Shown: piece by piece, positions 1 to 9,372 of the stretch
How the letters are laid out: every line of letters begins with the position of its first letter
How positions within the stretch are numbered: the stretch's first letter is position 1
From: Candidatus Cloacimonadota bacterium
Lineage (GTDB): Bacteria > Cloacimonadota > Cloacimonadia > G963667145
Reading direction: 5' to 3'
Assembly (NCBI GenBank): GCA_963676515.1
Contig: OY781061.1
Span: 1,377,777-1,441,776, forward strand
Length of the DNA: 64,000 bases
The notes under the pieces: model-generated
What the model was told of the DNA's origin: nothing
What the model saw: the letters and a program-made list of their open reading frames with translations, nothing else
Databases searched by the model: none
Program-made: the position numbers and the translations under genes

Positions 1-461
1 TTTAGCCCAAAATCTAAGTAGTTGATTCTTGAAAATCCCGAGCGAAACTTGACCACCAGTGGTGTGGCTGCTGGCAGAGAGTCTCGGCAAATCTCCACTA
101 TGCGGCTTGCCAGCTGAGGGTTGTCCATCAGAGCTGAGCCTGCTCCAGTTTTGACCACCTTCTTCACGGGACAGCCCATATTGATGCAGAGGAAGTCCAT
201 TGCAGGCAATATGGAGATAGCTGCTTGGAAATGGGATGGTTCGCTACCAAAAAGCTGGATGCCTATGGGAGAGGTGTCTTCGCCTGTGTAGGCGTAGGGT
301 AAGCTCCCGCTGGGCGAGTATGTGAGTCCTGCTGCACTGACCATCTCTGTGGTGAGGACATCTACACCGTGCTTCTTGGCGATTAGCCTGTAGGGCAAGT
401 CGGTGAAGCCTGCTAACGGAGCGAGCCAAGTTGTGTCTTGGCAGAGGGTTAAGAGTTGCAT
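1..461 (-). CDS. tRNA-dihydrouridine synthase (Dus family), N-terminal portion; 3' end lies beyond window start
   Basis: Manual minus-strand translation from ATG 461..459: MQLLTLCQDTTWLAPLAGFTDLPYRLIAKKHGVDVLTTEM...FLCINMGCPVKKVVKTGAGSALM...PLVVKFRSG. The INMGCP, GSAL and K.R.G motifs are typical of Dus flavoenzymes. Absent from ORF track because no stop in window. Confidence 0.8.
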   Translation of the reverse strand, partial: MQLLTLCQDTTWLAPLAGFTDLPYRLIAKKHGVDVLTTEMVSAAGLTYSPSGSLPYAYTGEDTSPIGIQLFGSEPSHFQAAISILPAMDFLCINMGCPVKKVVKTGAGSALMDNPQLASRIVEICRDSLPAATPLVVKFRSGFSRINYLDFGL

Positions 462-500
462 AATTTAAAGGAAGTGTGTTGAGTAAAAAAAGTTGAAAAG

Positions 501-872
501 TCAGTTCTTTTTTTGATTACAATGAACCCAAAAAAGGTAAGCCTCGTAGAGGTAGAGGCTGATGAGCGGCAAAAGTAGACCCAGACTAAAGGGAATAACC
601 TGTAGCTTTAGATAAGAAAAAAGCAGATAGCTGTAGAGAGCCACGAATAAAAACCTACCGCCAAAGCCGACGATGATGGCCTTGCTGGTGGCGAAGCGAG
701 AAGAGAGAGCGATGAGGGTGCTAATGCCTGTACAGAGCAAAAAAAACAACCCTCCGATTAGACCCAAAAAAAGGCTAAAACCAGAAGGTAACATTAAGCC
801 AGGGCAAGCAAAAACGATGCTGAGTAGACTGACTTTGCCCAAGTAGATAAGATGTTTTTTATTTGATAGCAT
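501..872 (-). CDS. small hydrophobic membrane protein (hypothetical), 123 aa, ~4 TM segments
   Basis: ORF track; very hydrophobic sequence; overlaps bactofilin gene end by 14 nt (same-strand operon). Confidence 0.5.
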   Translation of the reverse strand: MLSNKKHLIYLGKVSLLSIVFACPGLMLPSGFSLFLGLIGGLFFLLCTGISTLIALSSRFATSKAIIVGFGGRFLFVALYSYLLFSYLKLQVIPFSLGLLLPLISLYLYEAYLFWVHCNQKKN

Positions 873-1212
873 TTTGACCCATAGTGCAGTTTCCGTTGAG
901 AGAAGCTCCCGGCTCTACAATAAGGGTTACAGCTTTGATGTCGCCGCTAATTTTAGCACTTTTCTTTATCTCGAGAGTTCCCTTGGAGTTGATGCCCCCG
1001 TTCACTATGCCAGCGATGATGCAGTTGTTGCAGTCGATGTTGCCTTCTACTTTGCCAGTAGTGGTGATAGAGATCAGAGATTTTCCGATAATATTCCCGA
1101 CGATATCTCCGTCGATTTTTATGCCATTTTCTCCGCTGATATCGCCTTTGATTTTCAGGTCTTTACCGATAACAGAAGAAACTTCTATCTCTCTATTTTT
1201 TTCTTTTACCAT
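859..1212 (-). CDS. bactofilin (CcmA-like, DUF583) cytoskeletal protein
   Basis: 117 aa with beta-helical repeat pattern (IKGDISGENGIKIDGDIVGNIIGK...KISGDIKA) characteristic of bactofilins. Confidence 0.8.
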   Translation of the reverse strand: MVKEKNREIEVSSVIGKDLKIKGDISGENGIKIDGDIVGNIIGKSLISITTTGKVEGNIDCNNCIIAGIVNGGINSKGTLEIKKSAKISGDIKAVTLIVEPGASLNGNCTMGQNAIK

Positions 1213-1232
1213 AACAGTTTTCTCCTTAAATA

Positions 1233-1886
1233 TTAAATATCTTTTATAAAATTTTGGGGATCTAGCTTATTTTCGTTTTGAATGATCTCGTAATGCAGAT
1301 GTGAATTTGTGCTATAGCCAGAGTCTCCGAGTTTGCCTATCTGTTGTTTTTTTTTCACGAAAGAGTTTTTTGCTACCAAGATGGAGTCTAGATGAGCGTA
1401 AACGGTTTTAAATCCGTTAAGGTGGTTGATGGTAATAGTTTTGCCAAAGTAGGTGTCGATGCTGGTTTGTTCTACCACTCCCGATGCGCTTGCTAAGATT
1501 GTTGAGCCTTTTTTGCCAGCGAAATCTGTAGCGGGGTGATTTTCGCTGTAAGTTTTGCTTATTTTGTAAGGTTTGACCACGGGCAATAAATCTGGGTAGA
1601 AGTTTTGTGGGTCGCTCAGATTTTCACCTTTGTACTCTTTTTTTTCGGGCTTTTGGGTCAAGTAATCTTCTAAAGATAAACGAAGTTTTTCCAATTTTAG
1701 GTTGTTGTTTAGATCTTTGTCTTGGAGCAAATTTTGTTTATAGGAATCCATCTTTTTGGTAATAATATCTATTTTTTGTTCACTTTGCTTTAGCTTGTTT
1801 ATTAGGTAGTAGTTGATGTAAAAGCTTGCTAGCAAAAAAGTGAGAAGCAAGATGAGAAGTATGATGCCAAAGTGCTTATTTTTCAT
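1233..1886 (-). CDS. M23 family (LytM-like) metallo-endopeptidase with N-terminal TM and coiled coil
   Basis: C-terminal motifs ...HLDS...GDSGYSTNSHLHYEI (HxH zinc site of M23 peptidases); N-terminal signal anchor. Confidence 0.85.
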   Translation of the reverse strand: MKNKHFGIILLILLLTFLLASFYINYYLINKLKQSEQKIDIITKKMDSYKQNLLQDKDLNNNLKLEKLRLSLEDYLTQKPEKKEYKGENLSDPQNFYPDLLPVVKPYKISKTYSENHPATDFAGKKGSTILASASGVVEQTSIDTYFGKTITINHLNGFKTVYAHLDSILVAKNSFVKKKQQIGKLGDSGYSTNSHLHYEIIQNENKLDPQNFIKDI

Positions 1887-2739
1887 CTGTGAGAAGTTTT
1901 AAGAGCTCTTCTTTTTGAGATTTTGATTGGTAAGAGAGGACAATTTTGCCTTTGCTGTTGCTCCCTTGGATTTTCACGGAAACTTTGTATCTATCTTTCA
2001 GATTTTGCTCTACCTGAGAAAAATCTAACTGAACTTTTTTGTTTTTTACAGTGGTAGCAGAAGATTTGACCAAAGACTCACTGGCACGGACAGACAAACC
2101 TTTTTGGGCAATAGTGGCAGCGATAGACTCCCTTTGCTCTGGTTGGGCCTGCATTATCACTTTGGCGTGTCCCATGCTTATCTTTTTATGCAATAAGAGA
2201 TCTTTTATGGAGTTGCCTAAGCTCAGAAGGCGAAGGAAGTTGGAAATCGTAGTGCGGTCTTTGCCCATAGCGGTGGCTATCTCGCTGTGTGTGTAGTTGA
2301 ACTCTTCGCGTAGCCTTTGGTAACTGGTAGCCTCTTCGATGGGGTTCAGGTCTTCTCTTTGCACATTCTCGATGATTGCCAGCTGAAGCATCTGTTGCCT
2401 TGTGGCCTCTCGTATTACCACGGGCACTTTTTCTAGCTTTGCCAGTTTTGCCGCTTGCAATCGTCGTTCGCCAGCGATGAGCTCGTAGCGACCGTCTTCT
2501 TGCTCGGTGACTATCAAAGGCTGGATGATGCCATTTTCGACGATAGAATCTTTTAGCTCTTCTAACTTTTCTTGATCGAAATGTCTTCTGGGTTGATAGC
2601 GATTGGGAAAGATAGATTTGGTGTTTAGTTCGTTTATGGGGCTTGTTATTTGATTGTCAGATTGTTCTGGGTTTACAGGTTTAAAATCGACAGGCTTTAT
2701 CAGAGCTTCCAGCCCTCGACCAAGTTTTTTTTTCGTCAT
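1876..2739 (-). CDS. parB: chromosome partitioning protein ParB (Spo0J)
   Basis: 287 aa; N-terminus LGRGLEALI; ParB-box region IAGERR; HTH. Confidence 0.9.
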   Translation of the reverse strand: MTKKKLGRGLEALIKPVDFKPVNPEQSDNQITSPINELNTKSIFPNRYQPRRHFDQEKLEELKDSIVENGIIQPLIVTEQEDGRYELIAGERRLQAAKLAKLEKVPVVIREATRQQMLQLAIIENVQREDLNPIEEATSYQRLREEFNYTHSEIATAMGKDRTTISNFLRLLSLGNSIKDLLLHKKISMGHAKVIMQAQPEQRESIAATIAQKGLSVRASESLVKSSATTVKNKKVQLDFSQVEQNLKDRYKVSVKIQGSNSKGKIVLSYQSKSQKEELLKLLTDEK

Positions 2740-3491
2740 CTTGCTACTACCTCTTTGACTAGATTTAAGTAATCTTGAGCTCCACGAGAGGTGATAGCGT
2801 AATCAAAGATGGTTTGTCCAAAGCTAGGAGCCTCGCTGAGTTTGACATTTCTATTGATATAAGTTTTAAAAAGTTTATCACCAAAATAGCTTTTGACATC
2901 TTCTTCTACTTGTTGACTGAGGTTGAGCCGTTTGTCGTACATTGTCAGGAGCACGCCTAATATTTCCAAGTTTGGATTGAGACTGTTTTGGATCAACTTT
3001 ACGGTATTTAGTAGTTGGCTCACACCCTCTAGAGCGTAGTATTCGCATTGGATAGGTAAAATCACATGGGTGCTGGCAGTCAGGGCGTTGATGGTGAGCA
3101 GACCCAGAGAAGGTGGGCAATCGATGATGATATATTCGTAATCGTTCAATATGGGAGCTAAAGCTGTTTTCAACTTCTGCTCGCGGGCGTACTCTTTTAC
3201 TAGCTCTATTTCTGCTCCAGTCAGGTTGATGTCGGCAGGGATTACATCCAATTTTTTGTAGTTAGACTTTACGATGCAAGACTTGATGTTTTTCTCGCCG
3301 ATGAGCATCTTGTAAACTTGGCTGTTGACTTTACTTTTATTTATACCTATACCCGATGTGGAGTTTCCTTGTGGGTCAAGATCTATGAGTAAGGTTTTTT
3401 TTTCGTAAACTCCCAGAGCTGCCGAGAGATTCACAGAAGTTGTGGTTTTGCCCACTCCACCTTTCTGATTGACGACTGATACTACTTTCAT
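2736..3491 (-). CDS. parA: chromosome partitioning ATPase ParA (Soj)
   Basis: 251 aa; deviant Walker A KGGVGKTTT; 4-nt overlap with parB. Confidence 0.92.
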   Translation of the reverse strand: MKVVSVVNQKGGVGKTTTSVNLSAALGVYEKKTLLIDLDPQGNSTSGIGINKSKVNSQVYKMLIGEKNIKSCIVKSNYKKLDVIPADINLTGAEIELVKEYAREQKLKTALAPILNDYEYIIIDCPPSLGLLTINALTASTHVILPIQCEYYALEGVSQLLNTVKLIQNSLNPNLEILGVLLTMYDKRLNLSQQVEEDVKSYFGDKLFKTYINRNVKLSEAPSFGQTIFDYAITSRGAQDYLNLVKEVVAR

Positions 3492-3786
3492 AACCGTCCT
3501 TTCTATTTTTTTTGGTTAATATTTTATTGGTTCAGTTAGAAGTCAAGATGTTTTTTGTCGGATTAGTTGTAGAGAGGTGAGCTTGCACAAAAACTTGCTA
3601 TCTGCTCATTTGCAAACGGTGGTAGCAGTAGTTTGTACTCTATGTTTAGTTTGCTGATAGCGTGTTAATTAGTAAGAAATTGTTGTCTAATGGCTATCTT
3701 TTTTTAAATAAAATGTTTGACGGTATATTGGTTAGCTCTCATTTAAGACAAGATATTGTAAATCATATCAGAAAAAGGAGAAATAA

Positions 3787-5157
3787 ATGGAAAACAACAC
3801 AACCGATTTGGTGTTTAAATTGGAGGACAAGCCATCACCTGGAACAGCTTTACTAGCTGCTTTTCAGCATCTGTTGGCTATTTTTGTGGGGATTATCACC
3901 CCTACGATTGTTATTGGCGGCGTGCTGGGACTAGGCAAAGAGATTCCCTATCTTATAGGAATGTCTCTTATCGTGTCTGGCGTAGCTACTTTTATTCAAG
4001 TGAGGAAATTTGGACCTGTGGGCTCGGGACTACTGAGTATTCAGGGCACTAGTTTCGCTTTCTTGGGACCAATCTTGGGTGCTGGGTTTGCAGTAAAAGC
4101 TGGTGGAGGGACTACAGAAGTCGTCTTGTCTACGATTTTTACTGTTTGTTTCTTTGGTTCATTTATAGAGATGATCGGCAGTAGATTCATTCATCACTTG
4201 AAAAAGGTAATCACTCCGCTAGTTTCTGGCATTGTGGTAACCCTTATTGGTCTTAGTTTGATCAAAGTGGGAGTTACAGACATGGCTGGTGGTCAGTTTG
4301 TCAAAGATCACTTCCCAGACCAGTTTGGTTCTATGGAAAATCTTGGCTTGGCTTTCTTGACTTTGATTATTGTGATCGCTTTCAATAGAAGCAAAAAGCC
4401 TATGTTGAGGATGTCTTCAATTTGTATTGGTTTGGTAGTGGGATATTTGGTAGCTCTTTTCACAATTGGGGTTGATTTTAGTCCTATTGGGAATTTGCCA
4501 TATGTTAATATTCCTATTCCTTTCAAATATGGATTCAACTTTAGCATTTCAGCTTTCTTAACTATCGGCTTGATTTATTTCATCACGATGATCGAATCTG
4601 TGGGTGACTTGACAGCTACTAGTATGGTGTCTGGCGAGCCTGTAGAAGGTGATGTTTATATGAAAAGGATCGGAGACGGTGTCTTGGGTGATGGCTTTAA
4701 CTCAGCTATGGCTTCTGTTTTCAACACTTTCCCTAACACTACTTTCAGCCAAAACAACGGTGTTATCCAGTTGACTGGTATCGCTTCTCGTCATGTAGGT
4801 CTTTATATTGCTGGTCTTTTGGTAGTTTTGGGCTTGTTCCCCGTAATCGGCGGAGTGTTCCAAGTGATGCCTAAGCCTGTTTTGGGTGGAGCAACTATCA
4901 TTATGTTCGGTACTGTGGCTTCTTCGGGAGTAAGGATTATCGCTGAGCATGGTTTGGACAGAAGAGGCGTGATGATTTTGGCTCTTTCACTTGGTATGGG
5001 ATTGGGTGTGCAACTTGTGCCGGAAGCCCTAAATCATTTCCCAGCTGTAGTGAAGAGCATCTTTGCTTCTCCTATCACCACTGGTGGTGTGACTGCTATA
5101 ATTGCTAACCTTGCTTTGCCAATACACAAAAACAGTGCAAAAGAGATAGAAGTTTAG
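3787..5157 (+). CDS. nucleobase:cation symporter-2 (NCS2) family xanthine/uracil permease
   Basis: 456 aa polytopic membrane protein with NCS2-type N-terminus (AAFQHLLAIFVGIITPTIVIGG). Confidence 0.85.
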   Translation: MENNTTDLVFKLEDKPSPGTALLAAFQHLLAIFVGIITPTIVIGGVLGLGKEIPYLIGMSLIVSGVATFIQVRKFGPVGSGLLSIQGTSFAFLGPILGAGFAVKAGGGTTEVVLSTIFTVCFFGSFIEMIGSRFIHHLKKVITPLVSGIVVTLIGLSLIKVGVTDMAGGQFVKDHFPDQFGSMENLGLAFLTLIIVIAFNRSKKPMLRMSSICIGLVVGYLVALFTIGVDFSPIGNLPYVNIPIPFKYGFNFSISAFLTIGLIYFITMIESVGDLTATSMVSGEPVEGDVYMKRIGDGVLGDGFNSAMASVFNTFPNTTFSQNNGVIQLTGIASRHVGLYIAGLLVVLGLFPVIGGVFQVMPKPVLGGATIIMFGTVASSGVRIIAEHGLDRRGVMILALSLGMGLGVQLVPEALNHFPAVVKSIFASPITTGGVTAIIANLALPIHKNSAKEIEV

Positions 5158-5178
5158 AAATAAATAACGAAAAAAAAG

Positions 5179-5215
5179 AAACAGTCACTTATAAATTTAA
5201 GTGGCTGTTTTTTTA
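5179..5215. terminator. rho-independent terminator-like hairpin between permease gene and tRNA-Val
   Basis: aaacagtcactt-ataaattt-aagtggctgttttttt: 9-10 bp stem followed by T-run. Confidence 0.55.
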
Positions 5216-5222
5216 CAAAAAA

Positions 5223-5299
5223 TGGTGGGTGATACTGGATTCGAACCAGTTACCTCTACGATGTCGGCGTAGCACTCTAACCAACTGAGCTAATCACCC
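5223..5299 (-). tRNA. tRNA-Val (anticodon GAC)
   Basis: Reverse complement GGGTGATTAGCTCAGTTGGTTAGAGTGCTACGCCGACATCGTAGAGGTAACTGGTTCGAATCCAGTATCACCCACCA folds as cloverleaf; anticodon loop CCGACAT; encoded CCA. Confidence 0.9.
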
Positions 5300-5528
5300 A
5301 AGATTGTCGAAATCTGAGTCAACTGCAACTAAGTCCGAAAAATATGTCAAGGAATTTCGATGATGGTTTTGAATTGGGGAAAATTTCAATTGACAAGCAG
5401 AGTGGCTAAATTCGAAATAGTATGGAAGAGGGAAAAACAAATAATTAGGAAGAGATTTTAGTGATAGACTGGATGACAAAGGGAAAGGTGGGTTTTAGAG
5501 ATTATGAGAAAAAAGAAATAAAGCAGAG

Positions 5529-7961
5529 ATGAATAGAGAAAAAAAGAGAATAGGATTTGCTTGGGGAATATTTGCGAGTTTGGAGTTAGCTATAGGTTTT
5601 GTATTGGCAAACTTTTCAGGGATTATTAGGCAAGATTTACTTGCTGGTTTGGGTTTGCCTTACTCTTCATTTTGGGGTATTTGTTCGCTTTTGCCTGTGG
5701 CTGGTTTGCTGCTGGCTTACAAAAAGTTGCCATCTTGGACAGAAACAGATAAATACTTACCAATTTTTGCGGAAGAGCCTGTGATTCCTGAATATTTGCT
5801 GAGTAGGAACAAAGAGATCAAAAATCTGCAAAAACGCTTGAAAAAGGAAAAGATTATTATCGTCGGAGGAAATAAAGGCACGGGAAAATCTTTGTTTGCA
5901 GCGGAATATTACACTCGCTATAAGGGGTATTATAATAGTAGTTTTTGGTTAGCGAATAATAAAAGCATTGAAGACTCTTTTTTGAAATTTGGTGCGGAGC
6001 ATTTTTTGTCGGAGAGAGAGCAAAATCTTCCCCAGAAAAAACGGTTGGATTTGATTTTTGCAAAGTTGTCCTCTAGCAAAGATAATTCTTTGCTGGTGGT
6101 GGACAATGTGAACGAGCCCAAAGAGATGAAAAGCTGTTTATTGCGATTGGGTGAATGTGAGAATTTGCATATTTTGATTACTACGAGGATTTCTCAGTGG
6201 GACAATGAAAAATACCTCTGGATAAGTGAACCTAAAAGCAAAAAGACGAGAAAACTTTTTAAGAAATACAGTCCTCATAGTGTTTCAGAAAAGTTGTTGA
6301 AAGAGGTTATCGAGAATTTGGGTAATAATGTTTTTTCGGTAAAACTACTGGCACAGAACTTTAATACTAAAAAGGAGTTAGAGCCAGATTATACTTTGCA
6401 ACAGATGGTGGATGCTGTGCAAAAGAGCTTGTTAACTCTGAGCAAAAGCAAGAAGATAAGTTTCACTTACAAATCTAGCGATGGGAATCTGCAGGTGAAG
6501 AGTCCTGAGGATATGGTGATGGCGATGTATGAGGTGATGGAGCTGTCTGAGCAAGAGAAACAGATGCTTTCTGCTTTGGTTGTATTGCCCAAAGAAAATA
6601 TATTGTGGGATTTTTTTGAAAAAATTTATCCTGATCTGGATGTGGAGAAAGCTATTCGAGGTTTGGCGGATAAAGGGTGGATAAATCTGGGTGAAAGAAG
6701 GAAAGTACTTTCCATTTGCAAGGTAGTGGAGGACGCTATCAGATTTTTGCAAAAAGATAGGTTATTCCAAGATTGTAAGCCGATGATCGAGCAAATTACT
6801 TTTCAGCTTTCTCAAAAAGAGATTTTGGCAACCCAAAAGTCAGGATATTGTCAGCTTTTGCTTCGCTATACTTTTTTCATAATGGATGTATTGGGCGAAA
6901 AGGGAAAAGAGATTGCGGTTTTGAATGGTGCTTTGGGCAATTATCACAAAAATGAGGGAGATATGGTCTCCTCGCTGTCTTCTTACGGTAAAGCGTGTTT
7001 GATTTTTGAAGATTTGTGCCAAGAGAAAACAAAAGATAATGAGCTCAAATACAATCTGGCGGTGTCTTATTATAAACTTGGAACTATTCACAAAGAGTTG
7101 GAGGATATAGACAAGGCTTTGAGATGCTTTGAGAGGAATACGAAGCTGATCAAAAATTTACACGATGCGTATCCGCGAAATATTTCTATGAAAAGTGGCT
7201 TGGCTTCGTCGTTTGATGTTTTGGGTTTGGTTCATCGAGAGCTGGAGAATTCAGATAAAGCAAAGGCTTGTTATCGTCAGTGTTTGGCTTTGACCCAAAA
7301 TCTTTGTCAGGCATCCCCAGAAGATATTTCTTTCAAAAAGAGATTGGTGAAATCTTATGAAAATTTGGGTGAAATATACAAAGCTAAGCAGATTTTGGAT
7401 AAGGCGTTAGATTGTTTTGAAGAAGGCACTCGTCAAGCGTTGCAAGTTTGCAAAGAGCTGGCAAAAGATGTGGACGCCAAAAAAGATTTGGTGCAACTTT
7501 TTTCTAAATTGGGTCTAACTCAGATGACTTTGGGTCGCTTTGATTTGGCTTTGAAATGTTTTACTAGGGAGAACTCTTTGTATCAGCAGATGTTTAAGCA
7601 TTTTTCTAAAGAGCTGTTTTGGAAGCAAGGATTGGCGGTTTCTTATGAAAAGATGGGCTCGATGCAGTCTAGATTGGGCGAGCTGGATGAGGCACAGAAA
7701 AGCTTTGGGAAAGAGATAGCTCTATTTGGCGAACTTTGTAAATCTTTTCCTCGGGATACAAATTTAGAAAATGGTCTAGCGGTCTCTTATGCCAAATTGG
7801 CTACATTTTATCGAGCAAAACGCAAAGATGCTAGGCAGGCTAGGCATTATTTTGGTAAAGCTAAGTCTCTGTGGGGGAATCTGGCAGGGCAGTTCCCGCA
7901 GAATAAGATGTTTGCCAAGTTTTTGGGGAATGTTGAGAAGGACTTGCAGCGACTAAGGTAG
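5529..7961 (+). CDS. membrane-anchored STAND NTPase (NB-ARC/AAA-type P-loop) with long C-terminal TPR repeat array
   Basis: 810 aa. Two predicted N-terminal TM helices. Walker A GGNKGTGKS, Walker B LLVVDNV, sensor hhhTTR (ILITTR). More than 8 TPR-like repeats follow (LAVSYYKLG..., LASSFDVLG..., LVKSYENLG..., LAVSYEKMG..., LAVSYAKLA...). Confidence 0.8.
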   Translation: MNREKKRIGFAWGIFASLELAIGFVLANFSGIIRQDLLAGLGLPYSSFWGICSLLPVAGLLLAYKKLPSWTETDKYLPIFAEEPVIPEYLLSRNKEIKNLQKRLKKEKIIIVGGNKGTGKSLFAAEYYTRYKGYYNSSFWLANNKSIEDSFLKFGAEHFLSEREQNLPQKKRLDLIFAKLSSSKDNSLLVVDNVNEPKEMKSCLLRLGECENLHILITTRISQWDNEKYLWISEPKSKKTRKLFKKYSPHSVSEKLLKEVIENLGNNVFSVKLLAQNFNTKKELEPDYTLQQMVDAVQKSLLTLSKSKKISFTYKSSDGNLQVKSPEDMVMAMYEVMELSEQEKQMLSALVVLPKENILWDFFEKIYPDLDVEKAIRGLADKGWINLGERRKVLSICKVVEDAIRFLQKDRLFQDCKPMIEQITFQLSQKEILATQKSGYCQLLLRYTFFIMDVLGEKGKEIAVLNGALGNYHKNEGDMVSSLSSYGKACLIFEDLCQEKTKDNELKYNLAVSYYKLGTIHKELEDIDKALRCFERNTKLIKNLHDAYPRNISMKSGLASSFDVLGLVHRELENSDKAKACYRQCLALTQNLCQASPEDISFKKRLVKSYENLGEIYKAKQILDKALDCFEEGTRQALQVCKELAKDVDAKKDLVQLFSKLGLTQMTLGRFDLALKCFTRENSLYQQMFKHFSKELFWKQGLAVSYEKMGSMQSRLGELDEAQKSFGKEIALFGELCKSFPRDTNLENGLAVSYAKLATFYRAKRKDARQARHYFGKAKSLWGNLAGQFPQNKMFAKFLGNVEKDLQRLR

Positions 7962-7984
7962 GTTTTTTCTTGCCAAAGAGACCA

Positions 7985-7999
7985 GTGAACGAAGTTCAC
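7985..7999. other. perfect inverted repeat GTGAAC-GAA-GTTCAC immediately downstream of STAND gene stop
   Basis: Seen directly; possible terminator stem or protein-binding palindrome. It is not a parS consensus. Confidence 0.4.
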
Positions 8000-8116
8000 C
8001 CCACCCTTGGATTCCCGCTTCCGCGGGAATGAGGGAGAGAGGCAAGGATGCACCCACTATCCCTTATTCCTGAACACCACCAGAGTTTTGTCATCACTTG
8101 CTCTCACTTTGGCATA

Positions 8117-8233
8117 CCACTCGCTTTGTGTTCTCACTTGCCTTCATTGTTGTACCCCACTTGCTTTGTGTTACCACCAGCCCTCATTGTTGCACACCAC
8201 TTGTTTTGTGTTATCACCAGCCTCATTCCCGCG
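8117..8233. repeat. tandem ~38-40 bp repeat x3 (CCACTYGYTTTGTGTTNYCACYWGCCYTCATTGTTG)
   Basis: Three consecutive units, 8117-8154, 8155-8194 and 8195-8233. Single related copies at 58236-58285, 43861-43905 and 8559-8640. Confidence 0.75.
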
Positions 8234-8493
8234 AAAGCGGGAGTCCATTCTCTTTAGCTTGCTCTCCTGACGGAGGGTCTTACTTTTCCCTTTGGTTGAC
8301 CAAAGCGAAAAGTAACAAAAGGTAAAATCAAAATACCAAAGCTGTAAGCTAAATTCTAAACCTTAATCGCACGCGCTCAGCCTCGTGCTATGAATCTCAT
8401 TTTGTCATTTATGGTGATATAGCACTTCGCCGTCAGCGTAGCTCTGGGTGGTCAACGAATTTCACGCTTCCTGCTTTAAGTATTTGCTAGCCC
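8221..8493 (+). repeat. repeat module M1, copy A (~275 bp)
   Basis: Near-identical to 43416..43690 and 58270..58553 (same orientation): cctcattcccgcgaaagcggga...tctcctgacggagggtcttacttttccctttggttgaccaaagcgaaaagtaacaaaaggtaaaatcaaaataccaaagctgtaagctaaattctaaacc...gatatagcacttcgccgtcagcgtagctctgg...ctttaagtatttgctagccc. Confidence 0.85.
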
Positions 8494-9092
8494 AACCAAT
8501 TCCCGTCTGTGGATCCCCGCTTTCGCGAGGATGAGGGAAGAAGAGCAAGGAAGCACACCACCAGTCCCATTCCTGCACACCGCACGCCTTGTGCCTTCAT
8601 CAGCCAGTATGTTTATTCACCGCCAGCTCCGCATCGCCACCCAGCCCTCATTCCCGCGAAAGCGGGAATCCATTCTCCCACACGATGCTATCAAGAGGCA
8701 GGGAAGAGCGGTCTTACCTGCTAGGTAGTATGGGGAATTTCTTCCTCGTTCCCAAGCTCCAGCTTGGGAATGCCACAACCAGCAGTCATCTGTGTCCATC
8801 TGTGGTTACTGTCTCCCAGCTTTGGTCTCCTGACGGAGGCCTTACTTTTTCCCCTCGTTCCCAAGCTCCAGCTTGGGAATGCATACGAAACAAAACATAC
8901 AGTCAAAATACCAAAGCCGAAAGCTAAATTCTAAACCTTCATCGCACGCTGAAGACGCAAAATTTTGCGTCTTTACAGTTCCTTGCACAGCCATTTGTTT
9001 CAGTCGGTAAACTAATTTTATATTTTGCTTTAAGTATTTACCACCCCAGCCATCCCTTGGATCCCCGCTTTCGCGAGGATGAGGGAATCCGA

Positions 9093-9122
9093 GTTCATCT
9101 GTGTTCATCTGTGTTCATCTGT
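9093..9122. repeat. tandem 10-bp repeat (gttcatctgt) x3
   Basis: Seen directly; related degenerate copies at 8796-8830 and 43384-43412. Confidence 0.8.
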
Positions 9123-9372
9123 GGTTTCTGTTTTTAGCCTTCGCAAAAATGGGTGAAGAGGAGCAAGAAAGTACTCACCGCCCCTCACGCCAGCACACCG
9201 CTCGCTTTGCGTTACCACTGCCCCTCCGTCAGGAGAGCAAATCAAAGAAAAGGCAGAGTTCCGCTAAAAGAGGAAAACGAAAAAGCAGAGCACTGCTGGT
9301 CAAACGAGATGGTGGGTGCATGCCCGCAAGGCAAGATTTTTAAGTTGAAATGCAGAAATTTGAATAAGTCCT

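Larger units (their letters stand above)
8003..9260. repeat. repeat island A: mosaic of interspersed repeat modules (hairpin TIR-like units, module M1, reverse partial module M2, tandem arrays); non-coding
   Basis: TTCCCGC-loop-GCGGGAA hairpins at ~8015, 8226, 8521, 8648 and 9066 in alternating orientation. Long segments are shared with 43.4 kb and 58.3 kb. The overlapping ORFs ('FPRKRESI' peptides) are translations of the repeats. Confidence 0.85.

Noticed and set aside
3492-3786. Purine riboswitch upstream of the NCS2 xanthine/uracil permease
   Set aside because: Conserved cores (UUUCUACC, ACCGUAAAU, three-way junction context) are absent from the 295-nt leader.
7985-7999. parS site near parAB or the STAND gene
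   Set aside because: GTGAACGAAGTTCAC is palindromic but does not match the tGTTTCAC-GTGAAACa parS consensus; no parS-like 16-mer was spotted by eye elsewhere.
8003-9260. Possible CRISPR array, given the many short palindromic repeats
   Set aside because: Repeats are heterogeneous in length and orientation and are not separated by unique spacers of uniform size; no cas genes in the window.
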